From positions 99,918 through 163,917 of the forward strand of contig CAWDPO010000014.1 in the NCBI GenBank assembly GCA_963804165.1: a stretch of DNA of 64,000 bases, written 5' to 3'. This DNA comes from an uncultured delta proteobacterium. Lineage in GTDB: Bacteria; Desulfobacterota; Binatia; UBA9968. Position 1 is the stretch's first letter; each line of letters opens with the position of its first letter. The notes under the pieces were generated by a model, which saw only the letters and a program-made list of their open reading frames with translations, did not search any database and was not told where the DNA came from. The position numbers were made by a program, and so were the translations under genes. Shown here piece by piece: positions 60,727 to 64,000 of this stretch.

Positions 60727-61731
60727 ATGAAGAAAGCTGCGGCGCCATCAATCGTGCTTGCAACGATACTGCTTGCTCTCGCGGTCAAAGCCGAAGCGCA
60801 ACAAACGGGAAAAATTCCTCGCGTAGGAATTCTCTTTATCGGCTCTCGCGACCAACCACATCTGGAAGCATTCAAGCAGGGACTTCGGGAGCGTGGATAC
60901 ACGGAAGGCAAAAACATCGTCCTTGATTACCGCTATGCGGAGGGCAAGGTAGATCGCCTTCCCTCGCTTGCGGCTGAATTGGTTGAGCTGAAAGTGGACG
61001 TCATTGTCACTACGTCAGGAAATAGCGCCAGGGCGGCTTCAGAAGCCACAAAGATGATACCGATTGTGCTAACCACGGGAGCAGATTTGGTGAAATCAGG
61101 TCTGGCTGAGAGCTTGGCGAAACCCGGGGGCAATGTTACGGGACTCAGTATTATCGAGGAAGATTTAAGCGGTAAACGGGTGGACATTCTGAAAGAGACT
61201 TTCCCGAAAATGACACGCATGGCATATCTTTGGCATCCCCTTGCCGTATCTTATTCGGCGGCGGACACAACGAGCGGCAATCCGTCTTATGACCAAGTAG
61301 AAAAAGCGACGAAAACTGCTGGCGTACAGCTTCTTTCGTACAAGGTTCGGACTTTGGCCGAAATCGAGAGGGTGTTTGCCGATATGCCAAAGACTCGGCC
61401 CAACGCGCTACTTGTATTACAAAGTCCGCTGATGACTCTTAACTCAAAAAAGATCGTTGAGCTGGCGCTTAAGCAGCGCCTCCCGGGCATGTACCCAACG
61501 CGCCAATTCGCCGAGGAAGGTGGATTAATGGCCTACGGTCCTCTGATTGGCGATCTCTATCGCCGCGCCGCGACTTACGTGGACAAAATCTTGAAAGGTG
61601 CCAAGCCCGCCGAGCTGCCCGTTGAGCAGCCGACGAGATTTGAGTTCATCATCAATCTGAAAACTGCCAAGCATATCGGATTAACTATTCCTCCGAATGT
61701 TTTAGCCAGAGCAGATCGAGTAATTCGATGA
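60727..61731 (+). CDS. ABC_sub_bind-type substrate-binding protein
   Basis: Same family motifs as 59545-60530; signal peptide. Confidence 0.9.
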   Translation: MKKAAAPSIVLATILLALAVKAEAQQTGKIPRVGILFIGSRDQPHLEAFKQGLRERGYTEGKNIVLDYRYAEGKVDRLPSLAAELVELKVDVIVTTSGNSARAASEATKMIPIVLTTGADLVKSGLAESLAKPGGNVTGLSIIEEDLSGKRVDILKETFPKMTRMAYLWHPLAVSYSAADTTSGNPSYDQVEKATKTAGVQLLSYKVRTLAEIERVFADMPKTRPNALLVLQSPLMTLNSKKIVELALKQRLPGMYPTRQFAEEGGLMAYGPLIGDLYRRAATYVDKILKGAKPAELPVEQPTRFEFIINLKTAKHIGLTIPPNVLARADRVIR

Positions 61732-62661
61732 CAGCATTTTGGATTTGCGGTTTTAGATTTTCGATCGAGAGATCTGGGAAGCGGAAAGTCTTTATTCTCG
61801 GTTTATGCGCTTTTCTTTTGGCTGCTAGGCCTTCAGCCGAGGCGCAGCAGCCGGCGAAGATTCCGCGAATCGGTTATGCGGGTGCTGGTTCGGCTTCGAT
61901 ACGGATAAACGCACTTCGCCAGGGATTGCGCGACCTGGGCTGGATAGAGGGAAAAAATATTGTGATAGAGCAGCGCTATTTGGAGGGTAAGCTCGAACGC
62001 AGTTCACAGATCGCTGCCGAGATGGGTCGCCACCAGCGACCTGGTTTCCTCTGGACTTGTTGAAAGCCTCGCGCGGCCAGGCGGCAATATCACAGGAATC
62101 AACCCTCTTGCCCCCGAAATTGGCGGCAAACGGCTGGAGCTTCTCAAAGAGGCTATTCCAAAGCTCTCTCGCGTGGCCTTCCTTTTTAATCCAGATAGCG
62201 CTTCCAATAAGGCTGAGCTGGAGGAGTTGCGTCGCGCGGCGCCGGCATTGCGCTTGACACTCCAAACCGTAGAGGCGCGCGGTGCCGCTGATATCGAGCC
62301 TGCGTTCTCAACCATGATTCGCGAACGAGCCGAAGCGCTTTTTACCGCGGCCGGCCCGGCTAACAACACCAATCGGGCACGGATTGTCGAGATCGCATCC
62401 AAGAAAAGACTTCCTGGCATCTACCACGACAGCCAGTTCGTAGACGCCGGCGGTGTTATGTCCTACGGACCAAACGTGGCCGCAATGTTCCGGCGAGCGT
62501 CCACTTACGTAGACAAAATCTTGAAAGGAGCCAAACCCGCCGATCTACCGGTCGAGCAGCCGACAAAGTTCGAGTTTGTAATCAATCTCAAGACAGCAAA
62601 ACAAATTGGATTAACGATTCCGCCGAACGTGCTGGCGAGGGCGGACCGGGTGATCAAGTGA
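61728..62661 (+). pseudogene. ABC_sub_bind-type protein with internal deletion and frameshift
   Basis: After IAAE the conserved LV.LKVD.IV..TIPIV block is missing and the frame changes near 62025. Confidence 0.7.
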
Positions 62662-62726
62662 CACAAGATCCTTCACATTCGTTCAGGACAAGTTTTCGAT
62701 TGCCGATTTTCGATTGAGAAAAAACA

Positions 62727-63826
62727 TGAGAAAAGCATTTCGAATACGGTTTCGGATCTGTCGTTCCGACAATCGGCAATCTAAAATCTGTCCCTTCGAT
62801 AGACTCAGGGCACGCTCTGAGCATTGCCGAAGGATCGAAAATCTAAAATGGGCGCGGCTTTTTGCAATCGTCGTCGCACTCACGGTGTGCGGGGGGAGGG
62901 CAGGGGCGCAGCCAACGAAAATCCCCCGCATAGGTTTCCTCGATTCAAGCACTGCTTCCGGTAGCGCGGTCCTCGTGGAGGCGTTCCGGCGGGAGATGAG
63001 CAAGCTTGGCTGGATTGAGGGAAAGAATATCGCCATCGAGTACCGGTTTGCCGAGCAAAAGAATGAGCGCCTATCCGAGCTTGCGGCGGACCTGGTTCGT
63101 CTTAAGATTGATCTGATCGTGGTCGCAGGGACGGTAGCTGCGTTAGCGGCCAAGAGCGCCACCACGACCATCCCCATCGTGATGGCGAACGCCGGGGACC
63201 CCGTAGGAGCAGGTTTGGTTGCCGGTCTGGCGCGACCGGGAGGAAATGTCACCGGGCTTGAGGGTTTAGGACCCCAGCTAAATACGAAAAGGCTGGAGGT
63301 ACTCAAGGACGCGGTCCCCAAGCTCGTCCGAGTTGGACTTCTGCTTGGGTCGGGAGCCAGCATAGGAAGAGACCTCCAACTGAAAGAGCTCAGGCCTGCG
63401 GCTGTGGCGCTGAAGTTGAAATTGGAGGAAATCGAGACTGAACTCGACGCCAAAGGTTTAGAGAGCGCCTTTCAAACCGCAAAGCAGAAACAGATCAACG
63501 CGATTATGACGACCGCTAATCGCACTTTTTTCGCCGAAAGAAAGCGGATCGTCGAGCTTGCCGGCAAGTATCGGTTGCCGGCTATTTACTTCCAGAAGGA
63601 GTTTGTTGATGAGGGCGGCCTCATGTCCTACGGGGCGGACTTCGATGATCTCTATCGGCGCGCGGCGGTGTACGTGGACAAGATCTTGAAAGGTGCCAAA
63701 CCGGCTGATTTGCCGGTGCAGCAGGCGACGAAGTTTGAGTTTGTCATTAACCTTAAGGCAGCAAAACAGATCGGTCTGACAATTCCGCCCCGCGTCCTTG
63801 AGAGGGCGAATCAAGTGATCAAATAA
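62727..63826 (+). CDS. ABC_sub_bind-type substrate-binding protein (start uncertain)
   Basis: PRIGFL, GDPV..GLV..LARPGGNVTG, GGLMSYG, YVDKILKGAKP; the 5' region is built from repeat-derived sequence. Confidence 0.85.
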
Positions 63827-64000
63827 CGCCAGGATTGAACTGTATTCTCCTTGAATGAAATCCTAACTGGCTTCTCACTCATTGTCCGCCTTTGTCCGTG
63901 TACCAGAGGCGACAAGCCCCAAGAACTGCCATTGAAGGCAGCACTCGGGGCTTGGTTTTATTGGGCTTTGTCGGCGCGTCTAGGTTCTAGTCACGATTGA

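Noticed and set aside
1-64000. tRNA, rRNA, prophage or defence genes
   Set aside because: None recognised by eye; a covariance-model scan could not be run.

Overview
High-GC bacterial chromosomal window. The gene content (many solo substrate-binding proteins, Rieske oxygenases, UbiD, ComD/ComE-like pairs, hydantoinases) suggests a Candidatus Binatota / deltaproteobacterial MAG; this is inference only. Bases 1-50800 are an almost all plus-strand catabolic and transport array for aromatic or heterocyclic substrates: 4 Rieske alpha subunits, 2 UbiD, 2 LigZ-like dioxygenases, a LigY-like amidohydrolase, aldolases, ThDP decarboxylase pairs, HyuA plus a duplicated HyuB, and two ABC systems. Bases 50834-59080 are a minus-strand ArsR-led Ehr (hydrogenase-4-like, NiFe-less) membrane complex operon. 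Bases 59545-63826 are four tandem ABC_sub_bind paralogues. The best-supported novel feature is a complete IS110-family (IS1111-type) element at about 42505-43824, inserted into a REP-like palindrome. Its TCA core, sub-terminal inverted repeats, circle-junction promoter and candidate bridge/seek RNA, with guides matching its own target and donor, can all be read from the sequence. Many genes at 4.2-4.5 kb, 11-17.3 kb and 55-59.6 kb carry single-base frameshifts that look like assembly errors. All homology calls come from motif reading and recall, not database searches.
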